DNA of 64,000 bases from assembly GCA_951406725.2 (NCBI GenBank), contig OX597815.1:169322001-169386000 (forward strand). Direction: 5' to 3'. Position numbers and translations under genes: made by a program. Shown piece by piece: positions 63,901 to 64,000 of this stretch; position 1 is the first letter of the stretch, and each line of letters begins with the position of its first letter. The notes below the pieces were generated by a model. That model was not told the origin of the DNA. It saw only the letters and a list, made by a program, of their open reading frames with translations, and searched no databases. Origin of the DNA: Octopus vulgaris (lineage: Eukaryota).

Positions 63901-64000
63901 CTCAAAGGCAAAGAAAATATGGAAAGACAGGTCTCACTGGCATCTAAGGTGCTTGAAAGTCCAAGAAACACGGTTTAAAACAAGCTGGATATCAATCATT

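Noticed and set aside
63853-63926. 37-bp tandem duplication CAGTGTTGTAC.CAAAGGCAAAGAAAA
   Set aside because: Two-copy slippage within a decayed LINE; no functional indication.

Overview
AT-rich, repeat-dense animal genomic DNA. The SINE/RTE repertoire and microsatellite load fit an octopod cephalopod (inference, not a database result). Host genes: (1) a ~2.1-kb low-complexity first coding exon on the minus strand (13432-15554) of a probable TBC1D12/14-type RabGAP that continues off the left edge; (2) head-to-head with it, a complete five-coding-exon RPP14 gene (RNase P subunit p14, 123 aa, 22643-39513), which the ORF track does not recover as a gene; (3) a probable terminal exon of an unidentified minus-strand gene (52486-52608). 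The rest is mostly transposon-derived: tRNA-derived SINEs, many RTE LINE 3' ends, Tc1/mariner, pogo, hAT and piggyBac-type MITEs, and a resolvable triple nest downstream of RPP14 (Penelope-like element < Gypsy LTR element < RTE LINE). Most notable: a young RTE family whose reverse transcriptase has a C4HC3 PHD finger inserted between RT motifs 6 and 7; a type I hammerhead ribozyme split in its stem II loop by a LINE tail; and several foldback elements whose symmetry centres fall on hammerhead half-motifs. All calls are by-eye readings; repeat boundaries without a stated TSD are approximate.
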